A stretch of DNA of 64,000 bases from Mizuhopecten yessoensis (Eukaryota): the NCBI RefSeq assembly GCF_002113885.1, contig NW_018479984.1, positions 138,388 to 202,387 on the forward strand, given 5' to 3'. The notes below the pieces were generated by a model, which worked only from the letters and a program-made list of their open reading frames with translations, was not told the origin of the DNA and searched no databases. Both the position numbers and the translations under genes were made by a program. The stretch's first letter is position 1. Each line of letters opens with the position of its first letter. Positions 1 to 13,024 of the stretch are shown piece after piece.

Positions 1-1693
1 CGAGACTGGTTTCATTTGTTAAATGAGACCGGGTACCCGCTTTTTATTTTGTATGTATTTGAAGATTTGCTGGCAGACAAACAAAGAAGTTTATTTACCT
101 CTAGATTTACAAGTACTTAGAGTATAGGCATCATGTAAAAATTGTAAGCGTGCAAAACAACAAAAACCAAAAAAAAAACAGCATAATTTAAATGATAAGA
201 TAATCTTATAGGCCACCCTGATTATCAAAGACATATGGACACACGTGATGGACACTGGTGTAGACACAAAAAAGTCTGTCGATACATTTTACTTGGTAGA
301 ATAGATATAATCAACATGTGTTTGTATGTTATGGTGAAATATATAACTCAGGATTCGAAAAAGTTGGGAAAATAATCAACTCACCCAACAAGCGGCATTT
401 GTTAAAATTCTTATTTTCTAACATGTTTTCATTCTCGTTTTATATTCCACCAAAATACACGTACAGACGTTGTTTATTTCTGAAATAATCTACGTTCGTG
501 CATATATTGGCGATCAACTGTCTTTTTTTGTCTCGATTCATATTTAAAGTTATATTTTCTGTTACCAGTTAAACTTCATCTACAGAGGCAATGACCTAAA
601 TAACATAAGCAGTCAAAGCTAGCAAATTTGATGGACTGAAGGACATAACATTTGTACGATTTCTAATTCACTGTCTGGATTTACGGCTTGATCTCGACCG
701 AATAGGAATACACCACATACATATCCGGGTACTTTATAGGGTTTAATCTTCTCGAGTTGATTAAGATACATAAACCTTTAACGTTACCACTCGGCTTACT
801 ATTAAACCGGCGGTGGGGGCGGAACGGGGGCAGGCTGAGTCGGGATATTCAATTCCCGTCATAGGGATAAAATATGCACGTGCTTAATGTCAAATACAGC
901 AATCAAACTGCTGAGGTCATGACCTCTTGGAGCGTTTCTGGCAGGGTCTTTGCAATTTGTCATTTATGAATTTACACTAAGAACTGGTATATAGAGAGAG
1001 ATAGCACTGAATGATCCCTCTCACTAAGGCGCTTGGTCCCTATGATGACGGCAGCGATTACATGAAAATGTTACCAAAGGTCGAGTTAACGTTTATGAGC
1101 TAAGGAAACAGACGGGGAAGCTTTGTACACGGAACCTCTTGAAGGCATCAGAGACCTCTCTATACAACTGTCTATCTCAAACTTCCCTACAAAATAAATA
1201 AGTCTACAGCGCAAGTAAAGAAACATTTACATGAATTTACGCCCATTTATTACACTTAAAGAAACGGCCTTTTAAACGCGCGGCACCGTTTTATGCGTAT
1301 CTTCAATAGGGGTTCGTTTGAAGATGATTTCTATTTGTGTGACACCGATATCTTGCTTGTAATTTTCCTATAGCGTTTGCTTGCCAAGTTGTGTAAATAA
1401 AACCGCAGTAAAATCCATTGTCGTTTAACATTGTAAACTAGATACAATTATCTTAGCGCGAATACATGATTAAACATCAGAACAAGAAATGGATGAAATA
1501 CTGAATACATATGCTTCTTGAGAGAGACAGCAATTTATTTATGAAGAACACCTGTGTATTTTGAAGATATAGCTTCATGTTTAAGCTGTAAAATTTAAGA
1601 TAGATGTGTTTACTGTGTCAAAGAGGTGATCTTAATCAAATAGGGCGCTTGTGAATTCCTGCTCGTCTACGGGAACTCCCACGTACCCTTAAA

Positions 1694-2100
1694 CCCTACC
1701 GGTAAACCGGCGATACATTCATAAATACTCGATAATCATCTTGCCCTACCGCCAGACCGGAGAAACAGTACAAATACTCGAGTAACCTCTTGCACTACCG
1801 CCAGACCGGAGATACAGATATAAACAACTTGAGCAACATCTAACCCAAACGTCAGACCTGACTAGCATTCAAAAATACCGAGTATCCTCCAGCCGTACCA
1901 CAAAACCGCATAACATACAAACCTGAGTATTACCAAACAGGAAATATTGTATATCCGGGTATTCTCTGACCCTACCACCAGACAAGGTGACATACTGACA
2001 TATATTGTGCATCCGGGTAGTCTCTGACCCTACCACCAGACATGGTGACATACTGACAGATATCGTATATCTGGGTATTATCTGACCCTACCATCGGACA
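1694..2100. repeat. Degenerate minisatellite, ~50-bp units changing to 58-bp units
   Basis: ccctacc(g/a)ccagac recurs. The later units ccctaccaccagaca(a/t)ggtgacatactgaca... are spaced 58 bp apart. Confidence 0.75.
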
Positions 2101-3597
2101 GATTTGCTAGCGGACAAATAACACATGTTTCTGTCTAACCTCTATATCTTCTTTAAATTTGTCAATTTAACGGTCATTATATTCCTCCGAACATACCGCG
2201 AAAGTGCCTTGAAATAGTGTTGATATATCTGTCCAATGCTAAAATTAATATGTTGACGAGCAGCGATTTCGATAGATTGGTGGTTTTGATTGATTGAAAT
2301 AAACATTTGGTAAATAGCATGACCTCAGTGTTTATTGTATATCGTCTTCTGTCGAACAAATTGCGACCGAAAATGAAAAGTCTTCTTCAAAAATATACAG
2401 GTTAAATTTAGGGTCAAAACTGAAAAGAAATCGGAGCTTGCTGTGAATTGAAGACACGAAGGCGTTACGTGATGAATGTCTGCATGCCCAAAAGTATTAA
2501 AGCCATCTTGCTAATTATAGGCATCAGGACATTGAGATAGACACGAAAAGGGCTTTTATTATATTTTACTTGGTAGAATAGATATAATCAACATATGTTT
2601 GTATATTTGGAAATGTTCGAAAAATAATCAAAGCAGGCTGAAGGCGGCTTTTTTTTTTAAATCCAATATTTTCTTTGCCTCGTTATATTCCACCATAATA
2701 CACGCACATATGTTTATTACTTCTTAAATAAAATTCAACAAATATTAAAAAATTCCCCTATCAGCCTATTCCCTAAATAGATTCCCATCAAAAAATGGAT
2801 TTCTGGCGTTTCAGTTATAGTGGTATAATTTCTCTTCGTCGACCAGAAGCCTTATCCCTATACGAAATAGAAAACACAAACGTTTGAAACGTTATGACTC
2901 CCTGTACAAATGTAAAGTTGTTTTTGTTTTCATTGAGTTTAAACAAAACTGATAATTGATCATAACATACACTTATACAAAAAACGTAATTTGTCAGCTG
3001 AGCAAAACTGGATTGAAACTAGATTTGGTTCTAAAACAGGAACTTGGGCCTGCCTCCAGTGCTAGTGACATGTGTAAACCTCACGCGAGGGTCGATCTGA
3101 TTTAAGACACGAGTGGGATTTTTGTATCAACGGGGCTGCTTTTTATTCGATGTTAATCATAGTAAAGACAATATGGTGATGAACCAGGGAAAAATGATCG
3201 GAATTGAGGAATATGTCCCGACGAGGATGAGATTCAGCGAAGCTGACTGTATTGGAAGTATCATCTTCAATTAGTTTTTCTACATTGCAAATTTTAAGTG
3301 TTGGTACTTAAAAGAATCTTGAGATATTTACCACAGAAGTGTAATTGAAAAAAACACCACTTCAAATAATTTTCTGCACGTGCAAGATATATAAATGATG
3401 TATGTATATACATTCATATCTTCTATATATAAATACCAATTTATTCACTGGCAATGCTTAAACTTGAAATTGATTAGAAATATTAAAATAAAATAATAGA
3501 CAAATATTCGGTTAACACGTGTTTATAGAACAACAAGTAGTATTTGTGACTGCAGTCTTGTTTCTCATGTTTATTTCTCACTGTGTACACCGTATAA

Positions 3598-6500
3598 TTA
3601 CCCCAAGTTCACTCTCCTACCTGATATAAACATGAGTCCCTCCCCCAGTTCATTCTCCTACCTGATATCAACATTAAGTCCCCCGCCCCTAACCCCCNNN
3701 NNNNNNNNNNNNNNNNNNNNNNNNNNNNNNNNNNNNNNNNNNNNNNNNNNNNNNNNNNNNNNNNNNNNNNNNNNNNNNNNNNNNNNNNNNNNNNNNNNNN
3801 NNNNNNNNNNNNNNNNNNNNNNNNNNNNNNNNNNNNNNNNNNNNNNNNNNNNNNNNNNNNNNNNNNNNNNNNNNNNNNNNNNNNNNNNNNNNNNNNNNNN
3901 NNNNNNNNNNNNNNNNNNNNNNNNNNNNNNNNNNNNNNNNNNNNNNNNNNNNNNNNNNNNNNNNNNNNNNNNNNNNNNNNNNNNNNNNNNNNNNNNNNNN
4001 NNNNNNNNNNNNNNNNNNNNNNNNNNNNNNNNNNNNNNNNNNNNNNNNNNNNNNNNNNNNNNNNNNNNNNNNNNNNNNNNNNNNNNNNNNNNNNNNNNNN
4101 NNNNNNNNNNNNNNNNNNNNNNNNNNNNNNNNNNNNNNNNNNNNNNNNNNNNNNNNNNNNNNNNNNNNNNNNNNNNNNNNNNNNNNNNNNNNNNNNNNNN
4201 NNNNNNNNNNNNCCTGATATCAACATTAAGCCCCTCCCCCAATTCACTCTCCTACCTGATATCAATATGAGTCCCTCCCCTAGTTCACTCTCCTACCTGA
4301 TATCAACATGAGCACCTCCCCGAGTTCACTCTCCTTCCTGATATCAACATTAAGCCCCTCCCCCAATTCACTCTCCTACCTGATATCAATATGAGTCCCT
4401 CCCCTAGTTCACTCTCCTACCTGATATCAACATGAGCACCTCCCCGAGTTCACTCTCCTTCCTGATATCAACATTAAGCCCCTCCCCCAATTCACTCTCC
4501 TACCTGATATCAATATGAGTCCCTCCCCTAGTTCACTCTCCTACCTGATATCAACATGAGCACCTCCCCGAGTTCACTCTCCTTCCTGATATCAACATTA
4601 AGCCCCTCCCCCAGTTCACTCTCCTACCTGATATCAACATGAGTCCCTCCTCTAGTTCACTCTCCTACCTGATATCAACATGAGCACCTCCCCCAGTTCA
4701 CTCTCCTACCTAATATCAACATGAGTCCCTCCTCTAGTTCACTCTCCTACCTGATATCAACATTAAGCCCCTCCCCCAGTTCACTCTCCTACCTGATATC
4801 AACATGAGTCCCTCTCTCAGTTCACTCTCCCACCTGATATCAACATTAAGCCCCGCCCCCTCCCCCAGTTCACTCTCCTACCTGATATCAACATTACCCC
4901 CACCCCTCACCCAAAAGTCAACATGAGTCCCTCCCCCAATTCACTCTCCTACCTGATTTCAACATGAGTCCCTCCCCCAATTCACTCTCCTTCCTGATAT
5001 CAACATTAAGCCCCTTTCCCAGTTCACTCACCTATCTGATATCAACATAAAGCCCCTTCCCCAGTTCACTCTCCTGATATCAACATGAACCCACCCCTAG
5101 GTTACTCTCCTACCTGATATCAACATGAGTCCCTCTCCCAGTTCACTCTCCTACCTGATATCAACATGAGTCCCTCCCCCAATTCACTCTCCTACCTGAT
5201 ATCAACATGAGCACCTCGTCCAGTTCACTCTCCTATCTGATATCAACATTTAGCCCCTCTCCCAGTTCACTCTCCTTCCTGATATCAACATGAACCCCCT
5301 CCCAAAGTTTACTCTCCTTCCTTATATGAACATGAATCCCCTCCCCCAGTTCACTCTCCTACTTGATATCAACATAAAGCCCCCCTCCCCCAGTTCAGTC
5401 TCCTACCTGATATAAACATGAGTCCCTCCCCCAGTTCATTTCTCCTACCTGATATCGTCATGAGTCCCTCCCCCAGTTCATTCTCCTTCCTGATATAAAC
5501 ATAAAGCCCGCCGCCCCTNNNNNNNNNNNNNNNNNNNNNNNNNNNNNNNNNNNNNNNNNNNNNNNNNNNNNNNNNNNNNNNNNNNNNNNNNNNNNNNNNN
5601 NNNNNNNNNNNNNNNNNNNNNNNNNNNNNNNNNNNNNNNNNNNNNNNNNNNNNNNNNNNNNNNNNNNNNNNNNNNNNNNNNNNNNNNNNNNNNNNNNNNN
5701 NNNNNNNNNNNNNNNNNNNNNNNNNNNNNNNNNNNNNNNNNNNNNNNNNNNNNNNNNNNNNNNNNNNNNNNNNNNNNNNNNNNNNNNNNNNNNNNNNNNN
5801 NNNNNNNNNNNNNNNNNNNNNNNNNNNNNNNNNNNNNNNNNNNNNNNNNNNNNNNNNNNNNNNNNNNNNNNNNNNNNNNNNNNNNNNNNNNNNNNNNNNN
5901 NNNNNCCTCCAAGTCTATTCTCCTATCTGTTGTCAACAAGAACCCTACTCCCAGTTCACTCTCAAGCCTGATATCACATTAACCCCCTCCCCCAGTCTTC
6001 TCCTGTATGATAGTTTATCAACAAGAACGTCTCTCCCAGTTCACTCTCCCACCTGATATCAACATTAAGCGCCCCCTCCCCCAGTTCACTATCCTACCTG
6101 ATATCAACATTACCCCCACCCCTCACCCAAAAGTTTACTCTCCTACCTGATATCCACATGAGCACCTCTCCCAGTTCACTCTCCTACCTGATATCAACAT
6201 TTAGCCGCTCTCCCAGTTCACTCTCCTTCCTGATATTAACATAAACCCCCTCCCCAAGTTTACTCTCCTTCCTGATATCAACATTAAGCCCCCCTCCCCC
6301 AGCTCACTCTCCTACCTGATATATACATTTAGCCCCTCCCCCAGTTCACTCTCCTTTCTGATAAGAACATGAATCCCCTCCCCCAATTCACTCTCCTACT
6401 TGATATCCACATAAAGCCCCTCTCCCCCAGTTCAGTCTCCTACCTAATATCAACAAGAGTCCCTCCCCCGGTTCACTCTCCTACCTGATATCAATATGAG

Positions 6501-6836
6501 TCCCTCCCCAAGTTCACTCTCCTATCTGATATCGATATTTAGCCCCTCCCCCAGTTCACTCTCCTTCCTGATATCATTATTACCCCCCCCCCCCCCCAAG
6601 TTAACGCTCCTACCCGATACCAACATGAACCCACCCCCAGTTCCCTCTCCTACCTAATATCAACATAAAGCCCCTCTCCCCCAGTTCAGTCTCCTTCCTA
6701 ATATCAACAAGAGTCCCTCCCCCGGTTCACTCTCCTACCTGATATCAACATGAGTCCCTCCCCCAGTTCACTCTCCTACCTGATATCAACATGAGTCCCT
6801 CCCCCAGTTCACTCTCCTTCCTGATATCAACATGAG
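3598..6836. repeat. 41-bp tandem satellite (cccagttcactctcctacctgatatcaacatgagtccctcc), with assembly gaps at 3698-4212 and 5519-5905
   Basis: Dozens of directly visible units, e.g. gatatc at 6782 and 6823. The array is C-rich on the plus strand. Confidence 0.97.
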
Positions 6837-8979
6837 AATGAGACAAAAGTGTAAAGGTAATGATGTCTTTGTCATTTCGTCTGTGAGTATAACACATTCC
6901 TTACCCGATACACAAGATGTACATAGGGTATATAACGGTTCATCTCGGGACATCATCACACAAGAAGAGCTAGAGTATTTATATTGTAAAATATTACATT
7001 AGTGGATTTTTATAACACTTTTGTCTGTTACAATTCGACAAAAAAGACCACCACTTAAAGGATGCAATAGTTTTCTTTCACATTAGACATTTTGTGAATT
7101 TCATCCATTCCCGAATTAAGAAACCCACAACAGAGAACACAGGAGGAGCACACAAACCCTGTAGACCACCCCGACTTATTCACAATACATGGTGTTCAGT
7201 ACTATAAATAGTGTCTTGTATTAATAAGACACATCGAAACTGTCTACTATTGATAAGACAACGGCAGTATGACGTTAGTGTTTTTATAACATACCTGTTG
7301 AATCTTGTTATAGTATAACACAAGCAATTTTCAGACCATGAAATACAACGTTCTGTATTGCACATGTGCAATACGGAATGTTGAATTTACCTACTAGCCG
7401 GAACTACTTTTTATGGGAGTCCCCTTGTCATGGCGAACTGAAAAGTTTCGTGTATTTGCAAAAAATATCAAAGTGTATAAAACCTTTATATCGATCACTG
7501 CCAAATACAGAAGGTATGTGATAAAAGCAAGACCACACACTTGTGTTTTTCTAACGCATCAGAAAGCACTCATTTATTGCGCGGACGTATATATTAACTC
7601 GTGCGCTCCGCGCACTCGTGAATATATATTCGTCCACGCAATAAACATCGTGCTTTCTGATTCGTTAGAAAAACACAAGTGTGTGGTCTTGCATATAGAC
7701 ACATCCATAAACAAGACACCTGTCAAGGATACAAGCTTTTTAAGACGTTGATTAAAATACACTGAAAATCGGACTGATATGGTATTTTAGATGTGTTAAT
7801 CAATCACTAATGTACAATGTATGTACAACGTTAAAACAATTCGGAATTTAGATGGCATAATTGTTTCCACAATTATAATTCGGACAACTCCTGGCCGCTA
7901 CATGTATGTGTCTAGGAAGTTAATGCTGTTATCACGTGTTAAATGTTGTAAACAGATTATGTCAGTAAACAACAGTGTCTTATCCCTCGTAGAATTGGGC
8001 GTCGCAGCAGCGAGAACGATGAAAATAATTGATTTCAATCATAGTCAACTGCTAACCTGAACAAACCCGGAAGTCAGTCCTTAATTAATGACAGGAACCT
8101 ATTTCTGACCTCATAATCATTATGCTAGTCGTCAAAAAGGTAACGTTGGATAACACATTATTTTCCTTGGCGTTTGCCATTCTATTTATTGAACAAGCAT
8201 TCAGGATTTTCATTTTAAATTTTTATTAATGCTGAGTTGTGATACAAAAAATGAATTTCCTATTTTCTAAAATTGATATGGATGCGAAAAATGGTCAATT
8301 TCATTATCAAATTTTCATTAATCAACCAAAGACAGTAGCACGCAAATTTAATTGACAACTTGCTTATTTAACTGGAAGCGTCAGTATGGAATGTACCTCC
8401 CTGTCTGTCGGAAAGATATTGTCCGTGCATCCTCATTGTTTAAAATGTGTTTCCTAAAACCTAAGCGGCAACCAATTTCTAGTAGCAAAACAGCATACAT
8501 CGAGAGTGTTTATGAAACAAAAGCATTATCTTCAGGTTGAATGGTACTTATGATACATATATGAACCCCGCTTCTTATTGAGAGCTCTAATGCTTTTCTG
8601 CATCTACATTGTAATTAAAAAAACACTTGATTAAGAACTTTTGCACTTCTCCGTGTGTCTATAGAGTTTGAGGGATCGTTTGATAGCGAATCTGAAACTT
8701 CTCTGTAAGTACATGTGTTTTGATTGAGGGATTCGTGTATTCATTTTTTTCCTATTTGTCTGTACGCCGTTATAACTTCTCATTTCCATTACTATAGTAT
8801 CACTACATGTACATGACTAACTACTTTAAGACAAGAGAAGACGACGAGAAAGACGTTTAGCCTCTAGAAATATAAAAAAAAATCGAACGTTTGAGAGACA
8901 GACAACAACAAAATCACGTGGAGAAATACGGAAGAAAAAGAAATCGTAAAGATGAACACGTAAAGGCAGAAAGAAATAT

Positions 8980-10686
8980 ATACAAACATAGACAGACAGG
9001 ACACATAGAGACAGGGACATAGACAGTCAGGACAGACAAGGACATAGACGGACAGGACACATAGATAGAACCATAGACAGACAGGACACATAGAGACAGG
9101 GACAACAACAGACAGGACAAAGACAGGGACATAGAAACATGGACAAAGACAGACAGGACAGACATAGAGACAGGGACAACAACAGACAGGACAGAGACAG
9201 GGACATAGAAACATGGACAAAGACAGACAGGACAAAGACAGTGACATATAAACATGGACATAGACAGACAGGACAGACATAGAGACAGGGACAAAGACGG
9301 TCTTGACATGCAGACAGACAGGACACACTGACAGGAACGTAAACAGATAGGACACTTAGACAGAAAAGATATACAGAGACAGTAACATAGACGGACAGGA
9401 TACACAGAGATAGAAGATAGACAGACAGGAGACACAGACAGGGATGTAGACTGACAGGACACATAGACAAGGACATAGACAGACAGGACACATAGACAGG
9501 GACATAGACTGACAGAACACATAGACAAGGACATAGACAGACAGGACACATAGACAGGGACATAGACTGACAGAACACATAGACAAGGACACACAGACAG
9601 GAACGTAGCCAGACAGGACACATAGAGACAGGGACATAGATAGACAGGACAGACAGAGACATAGACGGGCAGGACATATAGACAAGGACATAGACAGACA
9701 GGACAGACACAGGGACATAGAGACAGGGACATAGACAGACAAGACACATAGACAGGGACGTAGACAGTCACGACAGATATACAGGACACACAGACAGAGA
9801 CACAGACATACAGGAAAGAGACAGGGACATGTAAACAGGGACAAAGACGGACAGGACACACAGACAGGGACATAGACAGGTCACATAGAGACAGGGACAA
9901 AGACGGACAGGACATGCAGACAGACAGGACAAACGGACAGGGACGTAAACAGATAAGACACTTAGACAGATAGAATATACAGAGACAGAAACATAGACGG
10001 ACAGGACACACAGATAGAAGATAGACAGACAGGACATACAGACAGGGATGTAGACTGACAGGACACATAGACAGACAGGTCACATATATGCAGGGACATA
10101 AACGGACAGGACACGCAGACAGACAGGACACAATGACAGGGACGTAATCAGATAGGTCACTTAGACAGAAAGGATATACAGAGACAGTGACATAGACGGA
10201 CAGGATACACAGAGATAGTAAATAGACAGACAGGACATACAGACAGGGATGTAGACTGACAGAACACATAGACAGGGACATAGACAGACAAGAAACATTT
10301 ACAGAGACGTAGACAGTCACGACAGACAGTCAGGACACACAGACAGGGACGTAAACAGACAGGACACATAGAGACAGGGACATAGACAGACAGGACAGAC
10401 AGAGACATAGACGGACAGGACATGCAGACAGACAGGACACACAAACAGTGACAAAGACGGACATGACACATAGAAACAGGGACATAGACAGACAAGAATC
10501 ATAGGCAGGGACGCAGAGAGACAGGACACACAAACAGGGACGTAGACAGACAGGACACATAGACACAGGGACATAGACAAACAGGACACACACAAAGGGA
10601 CATAGACGGACAGGGACATATATAGGACGTATGAAGATAGGGACACAGAGACAAGAATATGGACAGACAGGACCAGAGACATAGAG
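8980..10686. repeat. Complex GACA/GGACA-rich degenerate microsatellite with larger duplicated blocks
   Basis: gacagacaggacacata-type units run throughout. The block cacttagacaga...atatacagagacag recurs near 9350, 9955 and 10155. This array is the source of the spurious C/L/V/S-rich ORFs. Confidence 0.95.
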
Positions 10687-10697
10687 CACGTACTTAC

Positions 10698-10828
10698 CCC
10701 GATTGGTGTAAAGTTAGTAAATAAAGCACTAGTATTATCCACAAAATTGACGATGTCCTGTGTCCACCGCCCAGCCACATGTTCCATATGTTTATCCCAG
10801 GGAACAAGCCGGCCAACCACCGGAACAT
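10698..10828 (-). CDS. Candidate first coding exon (signal peptide) of a secreted protein, probably Wnt7
   Basis: ATG at 10828, with a second in-frame ATG at 10780, gives MFRWLAGLFPGINIWNMWLGGGHRTSSILWIILVLYLLTLHQS-G. It has a hydrophobic core (ILWIILVLYLLTL) and ends at a consensus donor GG|GTAAGTAC (GT at 10697-10696). The 131 nt are 43 codons + 2, so the intron is phase 2, as for Wnt exon 1. It lies on the same strand as, and downstream of, Wnt5. The Wnt7 identity is inferred from synteny only. Confidence 0.6.
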
Positions 10829-12079
10829 AAGGACTCCCTACTCGGCACTATTGGACGGCCTTGGAAACTCTCGTCACTTTGAAAAGGATTCCGGATAGAA
10901 AATCCGTCCTTGTTTTTTGTATGCTAAGAGTTAACTCTAAGCCATCATTTCATCACGTAAAGATAACTTAATTGACAAGTTTGCTTCCACTTCATCATTT
11001 AGCGTTGAAATAGTAACCCTCGAATTGTGTGGTTCCATACTGCTAAAGACGCATCTTCTAGACAATTTATAGTTAACATCCTTCAATAAAAATCTCAGAG
11101 TTGTCTCTCCCGTCACATTATCGATAGAGGGCGCAGTTGATGCCACATAGTTTCCAATATAATTTAATTCTTCGTATCAGATTTATAGCCGAATTGTACG
11201 GCTAAAGTTTTTGATGTATAGCATTAACTCTCTTACGTTTGCTGAGCCAGACACACCAGGTAAAATTATACCATCGGCTAGCTATACAACCCTCACTTAC
11301 TGCTAATTATCATATGGGCCGTAAACGATTTACAATTCTATATAACTTGTAACTTTTTTCAGGTCGCGGAACGCTACGCAAGTATGCAATGTGGTGAAAT
11401 TCCCATTCTAATTCAGGTGCGTCAGGATCACAAACGAACTTTAAAACATTGAATGAAATCAAATTCCTTCCAAGCGCTTCCGTGACTACGCGAAGGGAGA
11501 AAAACGTGTGAGATGTAGTCCACGTTAAACTGGCTGTAAACTCCCCTCGCCTATTTCAGAAACTATGCTGACTATATAACAGTCTTTCATTGATTTGCTC
11601 GTCCAGTGTGACAAATGTATAATCTTCCCCTCCCTGTCCGCTGTCATTCTTTAACTTGTCAACATGTGGAGTTAAACATCTCTACTGGGCCAGATCTCCT
11701 GTACCTACATCCAAATGTATCGTAGAGTCATTATGACAAACCGTTCACCAGTCGTATATGGATACAGATGCACTCGGCAATTAAATGGTGTAGCTCCCTT
11801 TTTGTGTTTTACAAATCTACACAAGAGTCTGTCTCGGGCTACAATACAAATACGTCCGCCCACATAAATATAATCTCAAGTGCATGTACATGCATGGGAT
11901 TACACACTACACGCCGCAAACAAGATTTATTTAGACTGGAAGTGTATTGAGATGTATCAATACCGAAAGGGAAAGATTAAATACCTCCCGTCACATAGGT
12001 GTTGTTATTTGCAAAATAAATATTTTTAAATGATAAAAAAATAAGAATACCCAATATTATTTTACAGTTAATAGTATGA

Positions 12080-12362
12080 TTGTGTGAAGATGTGTGTTAT
12101 GTTATGTGAATGTGTGTGATATTTGAATTGTGTGATATTTGAATGGATGTGTGATATTTGAAAGGAGTGTGTGATGTATGAGGGAGTGTGTGCGATTTTT
12201 TAATGTGGGTGTGAGATATTTGAGTGTATCTGATATTTGAGTGTTTGTGGTATATTTGAGTGTGTGATGTATGAGTAAGTCTATGATATTTGATTGTGTG
12301 AGTAATATTTAAATGTGTGATATTTTAGTAAGTGTATGAGTGGGAGTATAATATTTGAATGA
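12080..12362. repeat. Degenerate (GTGTGATATTTGA)n-type low-complexity repeat
   Basis: gtgtgatatttga variants recur. The tract abuts the SINE 3' end. Confidence 0.8.
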
Positions 12363-12364
12363 AT

Positions 12365-13024
12365 ATTATGTTTAACGTCCTTTTAATATCTAAGGTCATT
12401 TAAGGACGTGCCTCCATGTGTGTTGTGTAAGTGTTTAAGCGTGTATGTATGCTCAGGGATGTGTAGTGGACTACTACACATCCCTGGTATGCATGAAACA
12501 GTATATGTTGGTGTATTTGCCTCCTTGTGATAGCGCGGATCTGATGCCGACTGTATAGTGCTATCTCACTGAAACACCATGCCGAAGGAACCAAGCACAG
12601 CATTCCGCCCGGTCACATTGTACTGACAACGGGTGAACCAGTTGTTGCCATTACCCTCAATTCTAAACGATAAGCAGGGAAAAACATCTACCATTTATAA
12701 AGGACTTTGGTATGTCCCGGGTTCGGGACAGAAACTACTGCCTTTCTTAACTGGGCGAACGCTAAGCATTAAAGCCAGAAGTGAGGTGTTGCCAAGCAAG
12801 GCGCTACGAAATAAAAGGTAGTTTAAAATAGAAAGAAAGTTAAATATCCCAAATGTTGCAATGGGTGCAGCTAATGTATTTGGTCGCATTTGTGTCCCTA
12901 ATTAGAGGGCGCAAAAGCAAATACCAAATTATGCAGGGGCGCCCCCACATTAGTCGCCTCTTGCGATACACGCGGTTGGTAACAGCAGGTGTATTCTTTT
13001 CTCGATTCCCGACCTGCAGGGGTG
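12365..13024 (-). mobile_element. SINE copy 1 (tRNA-like head plus conserved core; long 5' leader subfamily)
   Basis: It shares colinear blocks with 17241-17760 and 20770-21290: gtttaacgt, gatagcgcgga..tgatgccgac, cccggtcacatt.tactgacaacggg, gaacgct, gcca.aagtgagg, and terminal acctgcagg. Confidence 0.85.

Noticed and set aside
3687-3697. Telomere-like ccctaaccc next to the gap
   Set aside because: It is a single unit within a C-rich satellite variant.
3609-5939. ORFs containing runs of X
   Set aside because: These are artefacts of N gaps inside the satellite.
3598-6836. CRISPR-like regular repeats (also 50668-50989 and 63415-63895)
   Set aside because: The units are head-to-tail with no unique spacers, there are no cas genes, and the context is eukaryotic.
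8826-10689. Long Cys/Leu/Val/Ser-rich ORFs (up to 468 aa)
   Set aside because: All three minus frames are open because the GACA-rich repeat lacks stop codons on that strand. The output is low-complexity and not a protein.
10317-11146. ORF-track frames 10317-10820 and 10937-11146 as genes
   Set aside because: Both use GTG starts and have no recognisable domain. The first overlaps the better-supported signal-peptide frame and runs into the repeat. The second probably lies in the 5' UTR.
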